Shown piece after piece: positions 48,653-58,484 of a DNA stretch of 64,000 nucleotides. The translations under genes and the position numbers were made by a program. Source of the stretch: an uncultured Methanosarcinales archaeon (GTDB lineage: Archaea > Halobacteriota > Methanosarcinia > Methanotrichales > Methanotrichaceae). The first letter of the stretch is position 1, and each line of letters starts with the position of its first letter. The stretch spans positions 780-64,779 of the forward strand of contig CAIQHB010000002.1 of NCBI GenBank assembly GCA_903871465.1, in the 5' to 3' direction. A model generated the notes under the pieces. The model did no database searches. It saw only the letters and a list, made by a program, of their open reading frames with translations, and was not told the origin of the DNA.

Positions 48653-49816
48653 TTATAAGCTCTGCTCCAAGGCCTGCTCATAAACATCTTCCGTCTTCTT
48701 GGCTATGATATCCCAGCTGAACTCGCTATCAATCCTACTGCATCCAGCCCGGGCCAGCTCTTTCATCTCTCCGGGGTTGCAGAGCAGCCGGTTTATGCAC
48801 CAGGCGATGGACTCCGGTTGCACATAGGCCAGGAGCCCGTCCTCGAAGTTCTTGATGATGCTCACGGCCTCCGTCGCCACAACAGGTTTGCAGGCGTCCC
48901 ATGCCTCCAGGACGACAACTCCAAAAGGTTCGTTGCGGCTTGGAACGCACATGAGGTCGCATGCATTCACAAGCTCCTGTTTTTCTGCGCTGGAGGTGTA
49001 CCCAAGGAATCTGCAGGATTTCTCGACGCCAAGCTCGCGAGCTCTGCGCTCGCAATCAGCTCTCATCCCGCCCTCTCCCATGAAGATGAAACAGACATCG
49101 GATCTGTTCAGCAAAACACGAGGTATAGCTTCCACCAGGAGGTCAGGCCCCTTCTGAATGCTCATCCTACCGCAGAAGAGCACCATGGGCGCGAGTGGAT
49201 GAATGCCATACCTCTCCTTGACACGGCCTGCATCGACGCCCCGCTTCATCTTCCCGAGCATAATGCCGTTGGGTATGATTGAGGTTTTGTCTGGAGGCAG
49301 ATTGTATATCCATAGAAGCTCATCTTGCATCCTTCTTGTAGTCACAATCACTTTCGAGGCCTCAAAGCAACCCAGCCACTCCCGGTGGGAGATCTCCTGG
49401 GATATGCCGTATCCAAAGTTGTTTCCATTTCGCCCCCATTCCGTGCTGTGCATAGTTAAGAGAAAAGGCAGCCGGTAGTCCTGTTTTATCCGGGTTAGAG
49501 CCAACACGGGATGCCAATCGTGCCCATGCACTACATCGAAGTTGCCGAAGATTTTTTGCACTGCATTGAAACGATCGTATAGAGCATCGCACATTCGATC
49601 CATCTGAGCTAGGACATCCCCAGAGCTATCCACATCAGATCTCTGGTAGTGTACCCCGTTGATCTTGTCGTAGGACTCATAGTCACCCCTGCGAGTGAAA
49701 ATGTGAACTTCGTGACCCCTTCGGGCCAGAGCTTCGGAGATCTCTGAGACGTGGGGAGCCACGCCACCTACTTTTATTGAGTATAAGCTCTCCCAGGAGA
49801 GCATTGCAATTCGCAT
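48653..49816 (-). CDS. GT4 glycosyltransferase (glycogen-synthase-like)
   Basis: KVGGVA, HGHDWH, HSTEWGR, GR...QKG and EPFGVVVLEA motifs. Confidence 0.9.
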   Translation of the reverse strand: MRIAMLSWESLYSIKVGGVAPHVSEISEALARRGHEVHIFTRRGDYESYDKINGVHYQRSDVDSSGDVLAQMDRMCDALYDRFNAVQKIFGNFDVVHGHDWHPVLALTRIKQDYRLPFLLTMHSTEWGRNGNNFGYGISQEISHREWLGCFEASKVIVTTRRMQDELLWIYNLPPDKTSIIPNGIMLGKMKRGVDAGRVKERYGIHPLAPMVLFCGRMSIQKGPDLLVEAIPRVLLNRSDVCFIFMGEGGMRADCERRARELGVEKSCRFLGYTSSAEKQELVNACDLMCVPSRNEPFGVVVLEAWDACKPVVATEAVSIIKNFEDGLLAYVQPESIAWCINRLLCNPGEMKELARAGCSRIDSEFSWDIIAKKTEDVYEQALEQSL

Positions 49817-49984
49817 TTATTCACCGTACTTATTATGCCTTCAGCAGTAGTTGTTGATCATTTGCCGCTGCAATTATAGCCTGTATAAGGATTTTGCGCT
49901 TTTTTTTATCCGTCTCGCCCACGCTTTATGAAAGTCGTTTGGCTTGAAATAACAATTTGTGATACTATGAGAGCGGATAATTGA

Positions 49985-50977
49985 TTAACCTTTCGGCGAT
50001 ATGGTGCTCTTGCACAGTTCCGAAAGCTCCGCTGCCGCTTGCTCTGGCGGAACGGAGTTGATGTATATACCTGTGTTTTTCTCAAATCCCGCAATCTTCG
50101 AGACGGCTGTCTGAATTCTGATGTTAAGGTGGTAGCCAAAGGGTTGCTGGAATATCATGAAATTATAAGGCGGATCGTCCAATAGGGACCGCAAGCTGCC
50201 CAGGACCTTTTTTATGAGAACGGCCAGACTCTTGCGTTCAAGCTCCTTGATCTCAGCCAGGTTGCAGAGATGCCGCTTGGGGAGAATCCAGGTCTCATAA
50301 GGTGCAAGAGAGTAGAAGGGTGCGATGAGGAGCCAATGTTCATCCTCGGCGATGAGACGGCATGACGTTCTCTCTCGCTCCACGATATTGCAGAACGGGC
50401 AGAATGAAGATTGCAAGATGGCTTCCTGCTCCCTTTTCATCAGAGGCGGCAATATGGGAAGGGTGATAATCTGAGAATGACTATGTGATAAGGATGCACC
50501 GGCTTCCTTGCCCCAATTCTTGAAGATGGATATGTATTTCACCTCGTCAAGGTTGCTGTAGTGGACATAGCGATCCCTGTAAACCAGGAGGAGGTGCTCC
50601 AGATGGCCCAAACTGAAATCAGCCGGGTTTTCCCTGTGCAAAGGTGAATCCACAATCACTTCATGGTGGCCGTGCCCCGGCAGAGCTATCCATTCGGGCG
50701 TGGCTGGCATTGGGCTGGATACCATGGCAGCGAAAACATTGGGAAAGACTCTCAGTTGCCAGCCCGGAACTCTTTCCGGACCCAGAGAAAGGACGCCTTT
50801 ATCCGTATAGACTGCAACGCTCGCTGGAGTCATCTCCTCGTTTCCTGGACAGAAAGGACATGTTTTTTCGTCTCCAGGGACAGCTCTTGCCACAGGAAAA
50901 TCTGACGGTCTCTTACTCCTCTCGGAGGCAATTATGCAGTACTCTTCCAGGAAATAATGGCGTCTCAGCTCCGGCAT
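49985..50977 (-). CDS. GalT-like HIT-family nucleotidyltransferase
   Basis: ELRR, RSKRP, CPFCPGNE, HEVIVDSP, GASLSHSHSQ and CPFC motifs. Confidence 0.88.
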   Translation of the reverse strand: MPELRRHYFLEEYCIIASERSKRPSDFPVARAVPGDEKTCPFCPGNEEMTPASVAVYTDKGVLSLGPERVPGWQLRVFPNVFAAMVSSPMPATPEWIALPGHGHHEVIVDSPLHRENPADFSLGHLEHLLLVYRDRYVHYSNLDEVKYISIFKNWGKEAGASLSHSHSQIITLPILPPLMKREQEAILQSSFCPFCNIVERERTSCRLIAEDEHWLLIAPFYSLAPYETWILPKRHLCNLAEIKELERKSLAVLIKKVLGSLRSLLDDPPYNFMIFQQPFGYHLNIRIQTAVSKIAGFEKNTGIYINSVPPEQAAAELSELCKSTISPKG

Positions 50978-50998
50978 TTCGTCGACTCCTCGGACAGT

Positions 50999-52213
50999 TC
51001 AGGCCAATTCTTCATAAATCTCCAGGGTCCTCGCGGCCGCCTTCTGCCAGCTGAATTCCGTTATCGCCCGATCCCTGGCATTCCCTCCCCAGGTCTTCAG
51101 CCTCTCAGTATCTGCCAGGGCGAGGTTGATGCCCCAAGCCAAATCCTTGGGGTCGCGAGCGTTGACATGAACGCCCGTAGGTTTTTCTGTTGCCGGATTT
51201 TGCACAATCTCAGCCAGGCCACTGGTTCCGGCAGCGCCCACCACACAGGGTTTGCCCATGGCTGCAGCCTCCAGAGCCACAATACCAAAAGGCTCATAGA
51301 GGCTGGGAAATACGCACAAATCCGAGAAAGCGTAGTGGAGCCTTTTCTCCTCATCATCCAGAAAGTTTGTCACCAGTCTTATGTTACTCTGTTCAGGCAA
51401 TTCTCCTCGGGCCCAGGTCTCCAGGCTGCCTTTACCTACTACCAGCAGCTTCACCCGCGCGTGCTCTGCCAGAACATGAGGCATCGCAGAAAACAGCTCC
51501 CTGACGCCTTTAACCGGCTCCAAACGTCCTACGAATAGAACGATGATGTCATCCTTTGCATAGCCGTACTTCTTTCGTAGTGTTTCCATTGCCCCGGGGT
51601 CGACACGCTTGGGATCAAAGAATTCGGTATCTACACCATGGTAGCAGACCCTGACTTTTTCCGCAGGGACACCCAGCGAGACAACCTCTCTTTTCATGGC
51701 TTCAGATACGGTTATGACAAGATCCGCAACATCGGCGCCTTTGCGCTCCAGGGCTACCAGCTCTGGATTGGGCCTCTCCGAACGGCCCAGTTCCAAGCCA
51801 TGCACATGATAGATCATTGGAATGCCTTTGCTCCTGGCGGCCATTCCCCCAGGCAGACCGAGCCAGTCGTGGGCGACGACTAAATTGAATGGTTCCTCCC
51901 GCATGAGATCGGAGAGAGAAAGCTGGTTGTAGCTGAAGAGATCAAGCAAGTATTTGAGACCCTCTCCCCAGGCCAGAGTCTCGGGTGAAAGGAATATCTC
52001 CATACCGTCTTTCATTGCTTCGGGAGATTCCCGGAATACCTCCACACCACCGAAATTCTCATGCCTGGGCAGAGCCTCAACCCCCCAGGAAAAGACGGAG
52101 ATCTTCTGGCCAAGGCTTGCTAGATTGCGGGAGATGTTATCCACATAGACGCCCAGGCCTCCGTAGATAAGGGGAGGATACTCCGTGCTGAAATAGGCGA
52201 TTCGCATTGACAA
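50999..52213 (-). CDS. GT4 glycosyltransferase
   Basis: EYPP..YGGLG, HDWL, VGRLE.VKG and PSLYEPFGIVALEA motifs. Confidence 0.9.
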   Translation of the reverse strand: MSMRIAYFSTEYPPLIYGGLGVYVDNISRNLASLGQKISVFSWGVEALPRHENFGGVEVFRESPEAMKDGMEIFLSPETLAWGEGLKYLLDLFSYNQLSLSDLMREEPFNLVVAHDWLGLPGGMAARSKGIPMIYHVHGLELGRSERPNPELVALERKGADVADLVITVSEAMKREVVSLGVPAEKVRVCYHGVDTEFFDPKRVDPGAMETLRKKYGYAKDDIIVLFVGRLEPVKGVRELFSAMPHVLAEHARVKLLVVGKGSLETWARGELPEQSNIRLVTNFLDDEEKRLHYAFSDLCVFPSLYEPFGIVALEAAAMGKPCVVGAAGTSGLAEIVQNPATEKPTGVHVNARDPKDLAWGINLALADTERLKTWGGNARDRAITEFSWQKAAARTLEIYEELA

Positions 52214-52231
52214 ATTGCTCCTGAATCCGAT

Positions 52232-54016
52232 TCAGACTACCAGATTTTTATAATATTCCATAACGGGTTCTTTCCAGCTGAACTTCCTAGCCAGGGCGAA
52301 GGACTCCTCGCAGAGCAGCCGGTATTTGACCTCGTCCTCCAGGTAGGTCCAGGTGAAGTAGTCCAGTGCCAGTGCATAATCCAGAACTGTCTCCTGAGGT
52401 TGTGCCTCAATGTTGTCCACAATTACGACGCCGCCCATGCCCGGCACGCGGCGTTCGACCTTCTTCAGGGCATCACTGTAGCCTGCAGCCCGGCTGACGA
52501 TATTGGGTGTGCCCTCCCGTCCCGCTTCCAGTGCAGTGAGAAGAAAGGGCTCATACTGTGACGGAAATATGCCGGCAACACATCCGGCCATGATCTCATC
52601 GGCCGCCATGCCGAGGCCCCCGTCGTTCGGACCCAACCACTGAGGATAAAGCACCGCCACGACCATTCTCTTGCCAGATAGCAGCTCCTTCGTCTCCAGG
52701 CCTCGCTCCTTGATCATGTTCTCCAGACGGATCTCGTCGCCCACCAGAACCTCTGCAGGCAGATTCACGGGAAATCCCTCGGGAAGCTTCTCTTTATCTT
52801 TTGGCCCATGCGAAGCGATCAGGAAGCATACCACCTTTGTCTCCCCGGCATGGCGCTGACCTGTTAACCTGTTCTTGAGCAGGTGATCCTGAAGCACCAG
52901 GGCATCAAGGAGCTCTGGATATCCCTTATTCTCTATCTCTATGCGAGAGATGGTGAAAATCGGAACTATATTTTCCCCGCTCACACAATTGCCGTCGCAA
53001 TGCTTGTAGAGATTCTCGGAGAGGAAATCCTGAATTTTAGCCCGACAGCGTTCTTTCTTATCCCAATCGATCTTATCGGATTCAACATCGATCCCATTTC
53101 TGACGACAAAGCCTTTCAAGTGGTGGAAGAGCATGGCCTCTTTCATGGCCGAATTGCCCACGAATGTGACGGCGTCGCTATAGCGGGCCAATCCCTCCAG
53201 CGTGGCAAAGCCGGAAGGCGTGCCGGGCTCCATGCGGGAGTCGTTTTGGGCAATCTTTTCCAGTGACTTGTAACCCACGGTCCGACCAGGAACTGTGGCA
53301 TGAAGGGTGCAGACCGTTTTCACCGGGATGCCAAGCTTCTCCAGCCTGGCTGCGGCGTAGAAGACTCCGAACTCATGGCAGTGCAAAGAGACCCTGACTT
53401 TGGGCATCACGGACTTGGCAAACTCCGAGACGGCCTTATCGGTGTACTTCTGCGTCTGCTCTTCAGAGGCCAGGGCAAGGTTACGAACCAGCTCGGATAC
53501 GGCATAGGAGAGGTTCAGGTAGTGATTGTACTCCCATCCGTAGTGCTCCGCTTCAAATCTCATGGAGTCGAGGCCCACCAGATCAAAAGCCTCCGTCTTG
53601 ATGGCATTGTTCAGGGTCATCTCCTGATTATTCCAGTGAACCATGCGGGACTGATAGTAGTTGGTATTGAAGAGCACATAGCCGATGGAAACGCCCTGTT
53701 CGGTCCGCTGGCCGGTGACGGTCTCAATGCCTTGGTTGTTCAATGCGGCGAGTGTGGCCGGAAGCATCGGTCCCATATCCAGCTTATCGAATCCCGAGAG
53801 ATCCGTGACCCGGTTCTTGCCCGTATTCCAGTCCGAGCCCAAGGTGGGATAGTTCGGCCCCAGCACCAGTATGTGAAGGCCGCTTTCGATATCTCCTTTT
53901 GCCACGAGCCTGGCCAGAGTTACGGCCTCGGCATCTACCACATTCCAGATGCCGCCCATTTTATTAGAAGCAGGACCTGCTTCCTCTGCGGCCAGTACGA
54001 TCCATCTTTCGATCAT
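52232..54016 (-). CDS. GT3-like (eukaryote-type) glycogen synthase homolog
   Basis: NKMGGIW; HCHEF; TLHAT..GR; FTISRIEIENKGY; GCVAGIFPSQYEPF (compare GT3 GRYE..NKG and GVFPSYYEPWG). Confidence 0.65.
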   Translation of the reverse strand: MIERWIVLAAEEAGPASNKMGGIWNVVDAEAVTLARLVAKGDIESGLHILVLGPNYPTLGSDWNTGKNRVTDLSGFDKLDMGPMLPATLAALNNQGIETVTGQRTEQGVSIGYVLFNTNYYQSRMVHWNNQEMTLNNAIKTEAFDLVGLDSMRFEAEHYGWEYNHYLNLSYAVSELVRNLALASEEQTQKYTDKAVSEFAKSVMPKVRVSLHCHEFGVFYAAARLEKLGIPVKTVCTLHATVPGRTVGYKSLEKIAQNDSRMEPGTPSGFATLEGLARYSDAVTFVGNSAMKEAMLFHHLKGFVVRNGIDVESDKIDWDKKERCRAKIQDFLSENLYKHCDGNCVSGENIVPIFTISRIEIENKGYPELLDALVLQDHLLKNRLTGQRHAGETKVVCFLIASHGPKDKEKLPEGFPVNLPAEVLVGDEIRLENMIKERGLETKELLSGKRMVVAVLYPQWLGPNDGGLGMAADEIMAGCVAGIFPSQYEPFLLTALEAGREGTPNIVSRAAGYSDALKKVERRVPGMGGVVIVDNIEAQPQETVLDYALALDYFTWTYLEDEVKYRLLCEESFALARKFSWKEPVMEYYKNLVV

Positions 54017-54023
54017 GTGAACC

Positions 54024-54752
54024 TCAGGGATAGGGCGAGAGTGCAGACACCGTCAGTCCATCGTCTGAGATATCCAGAACCCTTATGCTGTTAGCGATCT
54101 TCGAGCCGCGCATCTTCATAATATATATCGATCTGATGAGCGTGTTGCCTATGCGCTCCCGATTTAGCATGGTAGCGGAGTCGGCGCCATACTCCAGTAA
54201 CTGGTTGATACCGAAAGCGGTGCCTATGGTAATTACGGATGTAACCCCGCTGGCGCGAATGGTGCCAAAGAGGTCGTCCGTCAGCGACCGGACTTTGAAG
54301 GGTGCATCCACAGCCATAAAGAAGGCAGTAAGGTCATCTATAAAGAGTCGGTCTGGCCTCGTCTCCTCCAACTTCCTCTCTACGAGCTTTCTGAAGTTTA
54401 TGAGAAAATCAACCGGATCTATCTCGATGCTCTTTTGCAGGCGGAGCACGGGGTCGGTAACATCGATGATGCTCAATTTTCCTTCTTTTTCAAGGGTCGA
54501 AAAGTCCCAGCCAAAGGAGGACATCATCTCACGCTTCAGATATTCTGCGCTCTCTGAGGGAGTGATGATCATTCCCTTCTCACCTGTCTTGATGCCAGAA
54601 TGAATGAACTGGCTGGCAAACACGGTCTTGCCCGCACCCGATGACCCGGTTATGGTATTGACCGTCCCCTTATGAAAACCACCGTCGACCAATTCGTCGT
54701 ATCCCGGTATCCCAGACTTCGTTCTGGGAAATTCGCTGCCTTGTAATGCCAC
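54024..54752 (-). CDS. Single-domain KaiC/RAD55-like ATPase
   Basis: SGIPGYDELVDGG, GSSGAGKT, RLFIDD and RSIYIMKMRGS motifs. Confidence 0.88.
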   Translation of the reverse strand: MALQGSEFPRTKSGIPGYDELVDGGFHKGTVNTITGSSGAGKTVFASQFIHSGIKTGEKGMIITPSESAEYLKREMMSSFGWDFSTLEKEGKLSIIDVTDPVLRLQKSIEIDPVDFLINFRKLVERKLEETRPDRLFIDDLTAFFMAVDAPFKVRSLTDDLFGTIRASGVTSVITIGTAFGINQLLEYGADSATMLNRERIGNTLIRSIYIMKMRGSKIANSIRVLDISDDGLTVSALSPYP

Positions 54753-54869
54753 TAATCTACCCCTCCCTCGCCACGTTTGCGCCTCGATATTGATGCGCTG
54801 GATTTATATTATTTCAATACGAAGCTAATTAGTTCTTTCGGTTATAGACGGAAAAGTGCAGTCCCGATC

Positions 54870-55874
54870 TTATTGAGACTTTTGGACCATGAAGTCTATG
54901 ACCACGTTGTGCCTGTGGGGCGCATAGCTTCTCACAATGCTCCGATAGAGCACATCGACAGAATAACCCATCTGCTGAGCCGCATCTCTTATCAGAGCCT
55001 CGTCTTTATAGAGATCAACTTCAGGCGCTATACAGTAGTAATGGACTGTGCCTCCCGTCTTTGCCGCTTTCAATGCGGCAATAAGGAAGAGAGAAGCGCT
55101 ATGGGGAAGGTTCATGATGACATGATCCGCCATGTTTTCGTAGGGTAGAGCCAGCACATTCGCATCTCCCTCCAGGATCTCGATGTTCTCGATCTTATTC
55201 AGGAGGGAATTCTCGCGCAGGTACTTCACAGCGACGGGATTTTTGTCCATGGCAACGACTCTATCAACTCTTTTGGCCAAAAGCAGCGCGAACGGACCGA
55301 CTCCTGCAAACATGTCCAGCACGACATCCGCAGGGTGAACGAGGCCGGCGATCCTGAGCCGCTCCGTGCCCAGACGAGGTGTGAAATAGGCTCCCTCCAG
55401 GTCTACCCGGTAGCGCAGGCCGTGTTCCTTATGGGTAGTGATTGTGCTCACCTCTCCCGCCACATGCCTGAAGCGGCGGGTTCGAAACTCCCCTTCCACG
55501 TCGGAGATGGGAGCAATGACGGTTTTTATGCTTTTGCTGGTGGACATGAGAGCGGAGGCCACTTTTTCTGCATCGTTATCCTCCACCATGGCAATGTTGC
55601 CTACTACCTCAAAACTGGGGCGAAAGCTGAGCATCTCCTCAACGGTTTGAATGTGCTCTTCCGACTCAAAATTGAACGGCACGAGTTCGAACTCTGCAAT
55701 AAAGCGAAGCTTTGCCGCCGATTGATCATCCATTTCCAGAACGGGCAGATAAACATAGGATTCGTCAGAGCGTATCTTGCGAGATCGGTCGAAGGATTTC
55801 ATCTCTACCAGAGCCCGGCGAAATCGCTCGCCATAAAATCTTTTGACCTTCAAACCTAACGAATCGTCCGGCAT
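54870..55874 (-). CDS. trm5: Trm5/Met-10+ tRNA methyltransferase
   Basis: FEVVGNIA, HKEHG..Y.VD, YFTPRLGTER, VLDMFAGVGPF and IMNLP motifs. Confidence 0.85.
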   Translation of the reverse strand: MPDDSLGLKVKRFYGERFRRALVEMKSFDRSRKIRSDESYVYLPVLEMDDQSAAKLRFIAEFELVPFNFESEEHIQTVEEMLSFRPSFEVVGNIAMVEDNDAEKVASALMSTSKSIKTVIAPISDVEGEFRTRRFRHVAGEVSTITTHKEHGLRYRVDLEGAYFTPRLGTERLRIAGLVHPADVVLDMFAGVGPFALLLAKRVDRVVAMDKNPVAVKYLRENSLLNKIENIEILEGDANVLALPYENMADHVIMNLPHSASLFLIAALKAAKTGGTVHYYCIAPEVDLYKDEALIRDAAQQMGYSVDVLYRSIVRSYAPHRHNVVIDFMVQKSQ

Positions 55875-56026
55875 CTCAATCTCAGGAGACCAGTGGAAGC
55901 CAATCGTTAATATGTCTATCCCGAAATTGTCTCATTGGAATTTGGTCAAATCCGGGGGTTCAAGGACCCCAAGAGCACAAATTCGGAAATAGCTTTATCT
56001 GGAATCGAGTCTGCATAAAAATCATT

Positions 56027-56299
56027 ATGATAGGGCGCCCTAACAGGAGCGAGGTAATTGCAGCATCTGAGATATCGCAATACGTGTACTGCCCGGTTTC
56101 CTGGTACCTAAAGCGAGCAGGAGTGCCCCCGAGATCTCCAAACCTCGCGAGAGGAATTCGTGAGCACATTGGTGCCGGCAAGAGGCTATCCCTTCTTCAG
56201 AAAAGAGAGAATTCCTCACGCATATTTCGTGTCCTGGAGTACTTTTCGGTGCTGGTCGCCATTTTGCTCATAGGGTGGTTATTACGACAGAGCTTCTGA
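56027..56299 (+). CDS. Cas4 N-terminal-like peptide with C-terminal TM helix
   Basis: IAASEISQYVYCPVSWYL...G.REH; ends with FSVLVAILLIGWLL. Confidence 0.65.
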   Translation: MIGRPNRSEVIAASEISQYVYCPVSWYLKRAGVPPRSPNLARGIREHIGAGKRLSLLQKRENSSRIFRVLEYFSVLVAILLIGWLLRQSF

Positions 56300-56823
56300 T
56301 TTTGTCGCTCCTGCTCCTGGCAATATTCTCACATTTTCTCTCCAATCGAGAATTAGGTGCCGCAAAATCGATTCGAGAGAAGTACGGGATTCCATACGGA
56401 AGAGTGATCTACTCTGATCTGGACCACCCGGCAAAAGCTCTATTTTCCAAGAAATTAGGCATCATCGGCAAGCCTGACTATGTAATTAGCGACAGAAGAT
56501 ATGGCGGCCTGGTTCCCGTTGAGATAAAGAGCGGACGAGCCGCCAATCCTTATCGAAACCACGTCCTGCAGCTGGCGGCATACTGTCTTCTGGTGGAGGA
56601 GACCTACCACAAGTCGGTTCCCTACGGCATAATCGTCTATTCGGACGGAAAGCAGCATAAAATAATTTTCGATGAATCACTTCGCTCCGATTTGATTGGA
56701 GTCATCAAAGAGATGAAGCGATCCATGAGATCAGGATGCCCAACGAGAGGGCACAACCAGTTGAGGAAATGCAGTTCCTGTTCATTTCAGGCAAGCTGTA
56801 GGGATTGTTTAGCGGATACCTGA
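56275..56823 (+). CDS. cas4: Solo Cas4-like PD-(D/E)XK nuclease with N-terminal TM helix
   Basis: IIGKPDYV, VPVEIKSG, QLAAYC and KCSSCSFQASC; no CRISPR array or cas1 in the window. Confidence 0.8.
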   Translation: MVITTELLILSLLLLAIFSHFLSNRELGAAKSIREKYGIPYGRVIYSDLDHPAKALFSKKLGIIGKPDYVISDRRYGGLVPVEIKSGRAANPYRNHVLQLAAYCLLVEETYHKSVPYGIIVYSDGKQHKIIFDESLRSDLIGVIKEMKRSMRSGCPTRGHNQLRKCSSCSFQASCRDCLADT

Positions 56824-56970
56824 GTGATCATATCCGGTTTTCCCAATCTCGGGCGTAATACTGTTTTCAGGCGGAATTGTCTTTAAGACCAAATCCTGAT
56901 TAAGCATTAGAATGTCATTCAGTTGAGGATGGCTTCAATAAGCGTAAAATTGATTTCGAGGCGAGGATGT

Positions 56971-58326
56971 ATGAAGTGGTCGATTGCATTATTATTAATG
57001 GCGTTATTATCAGCATTTCTATCTATTCAAGCGGCGGTCATTCCCGTGGCGTCTGGCGTGCCTGAGGAAGCAGTCGGACGCGTGGTGAGCGTCATCAGCG
57101 GCAACTCGCTGGGAGTCCAAATGCTGATCTCAGACCCGAGGACGAACAACGTCGACAGCATAAAGCTGGCAGACATCGCCTCACCCTCGACGGTAACGCC
57201 GGAAGGGAAAGCCGCCCAAAAATATGCCCGATCATTGCTATGGAATAAGACGGTGTATCTCGACATCGATAACAGCACCTCCAGCGGCCGGAACGAATGG
57301 AGCCAATTGATCTGTGTCGTCTATCTGGTGGATTCCGAATACCGACCGATCTGGCCGCCCGTCAACAGAATCATTGTCGACGCCGGCTATGCCAAGGTCG
57401 ATGATGATAAAAAAAATGAATTCGATCCAGGAGCATGGTGGAAAGAGCCAACCATCCCGGAAGGGGAGAAGGAAAACCTGACGAGAGATATAGCTGAAAA
57501 GAAGGCCGAAACCAACGCAACTAATGCGTCATCGATTAATAGCACGAGAAATTTTAACTCTCTGAGAGATATGCCGGATAAGAAGGCTGCAACCAACGCA
57601 ACTAATGCGTCATCGATCAATAACACCAGAATTTTTAGCTCTCAGAAAGATATAGCTGAAAAGAAGGCCGCGACCAACGCAACTAATGCGTCATCGATCA
57701 ATAACACCAGAATTTTTAACTCTCTGAAAGATGTAGCTGAAAAGAAGGCTACAACCAACGCAACCAATGCGTCATCGATTAATAAAACGAGAATTTTTAG
57801 CTCTCGGAAAGATATAGCTGAAAAGAAGGCCGCGACCAACGCAACTAATGCGTCATCGATCAATAACACCAGAATTTTTAACTCTCTGAAAGATGTAGCT
57901 GAAAAGAAGGCCGAAACCAACGCAACCAATGCGTCATCGATTAATAAAACGAGAATTTTTAGCTCTCGGAAAGATATAGCTGAAAAGAAGGCTACAACCA
58001 ACGCGTCCTCGATTAACGACACCAGAGATTTTACCTCTCTAAAAGATGTAGCTGAAAAGAAGGCCGAAACCAACGCAACCAATGCGTCCTTGATTAACGA
58101 CACGAGAAATTTTACATATCAGAAAAGTGTAGCTGAAAAGAAGGCCGCAACCAACGCAACTAATGCGCCATCGATTAATAAAACGAGAATTTCTAACTCT
58201 CTGAAAGATATAGCTGAAAAGAAGGCTGTAACGGGGGGCAGAGTCACTGTTGTGGATACAGCGAAGAGCAGTATCTTGCAGAGGGACAGCAAAACCGGGC
58301 GAGTCAGCATCGGATACCGTGCTTAG
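56971..58326 (+). CDS. Secreted thermonuclease (SNase)-fold protein with degenerate active site and a repeat stalk
   Basis: Signal peptide MKWSIALLLMALLSAFLSIQA; GRVVSVISGNSL, IKLADIASP, KTVYLDID and VNRIIVDAGYAKV. Confidence 0.7.
   Translation: MKWSIALLLMALLSAFLSIQAAVIPVASGVPEEAVGRVVSVISGNSLGVQMLISDPRTNNVDSIKLADIASPSTVTPEGKAAQKYARSLLWNKTVYLDIDNSTSSGRNEWSQLICVVYLVDSEYRPIWPPVNRIIVDAGYAKVDDDKKNEFDPGAWWKEPTIPEGEKENLTRDIAEKKAETNATNASSINSTRNFNSLRDMPDKKAATNATNASSINNTRIFSSQKDIAEKKAATNATNASSINNTRIFNSLKDVAEKKATTNATNASSINKTRIFSSRKDIAEKKAATNATNASSINNTRIFNSLKDVAEKKAETNATNASSINKTRIFSSRKDIAEKKATTNASSINDTRDFTSLKDVAEKKAETNATNASLINDTRNFTYQKSVAEKKAATNATNAPSINKTRISNSLKDIAEKKAVTGGRVTVVDTAKSSILQRDSKTGRVSIGYRA
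57487..58228 (+). repeat. 81-bp intragenic tandem repeat (27 aa, D(I/V)AEKKA.TNATNASSIN.TRIF.S.K), 9 units plus a partial tenth
   Basis: Units at 57487, 57568, 57649, 57730, 57811, 57892, 57973 (72 bp), 58045, 58126 and 58207. Confidence 0.95.
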
Positions 58327-58439
58327 ATTCGGCAAAAAGAAATTGATAGGAAAGGAGGACTTGGACAGACTATGAAAGTCGAAGAATCGCCGCAAATGTA
58401 AACGGTTCCTCGCAGCATCGAGTGGGTAATAGAATAATA

Positions 58440-58484
58440 GAACCTCTGTGAGTCCTCCGTGTGCTTTGTTCCTCTGTGGTGAAC
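58440..58484. repeat. Short CTCTGTG-type reiterated intergenic element
   Basis: aacctctgtgagtcctccgtgtgctttgttcctctgtggtgaa. Confidence 0.35.

Noticed and set aside
57487-58228. 81-bp repeats as a CRISPR array beside cas4
   Set aside because: Whole units are repeated without unique spacers and encode a protein stalk
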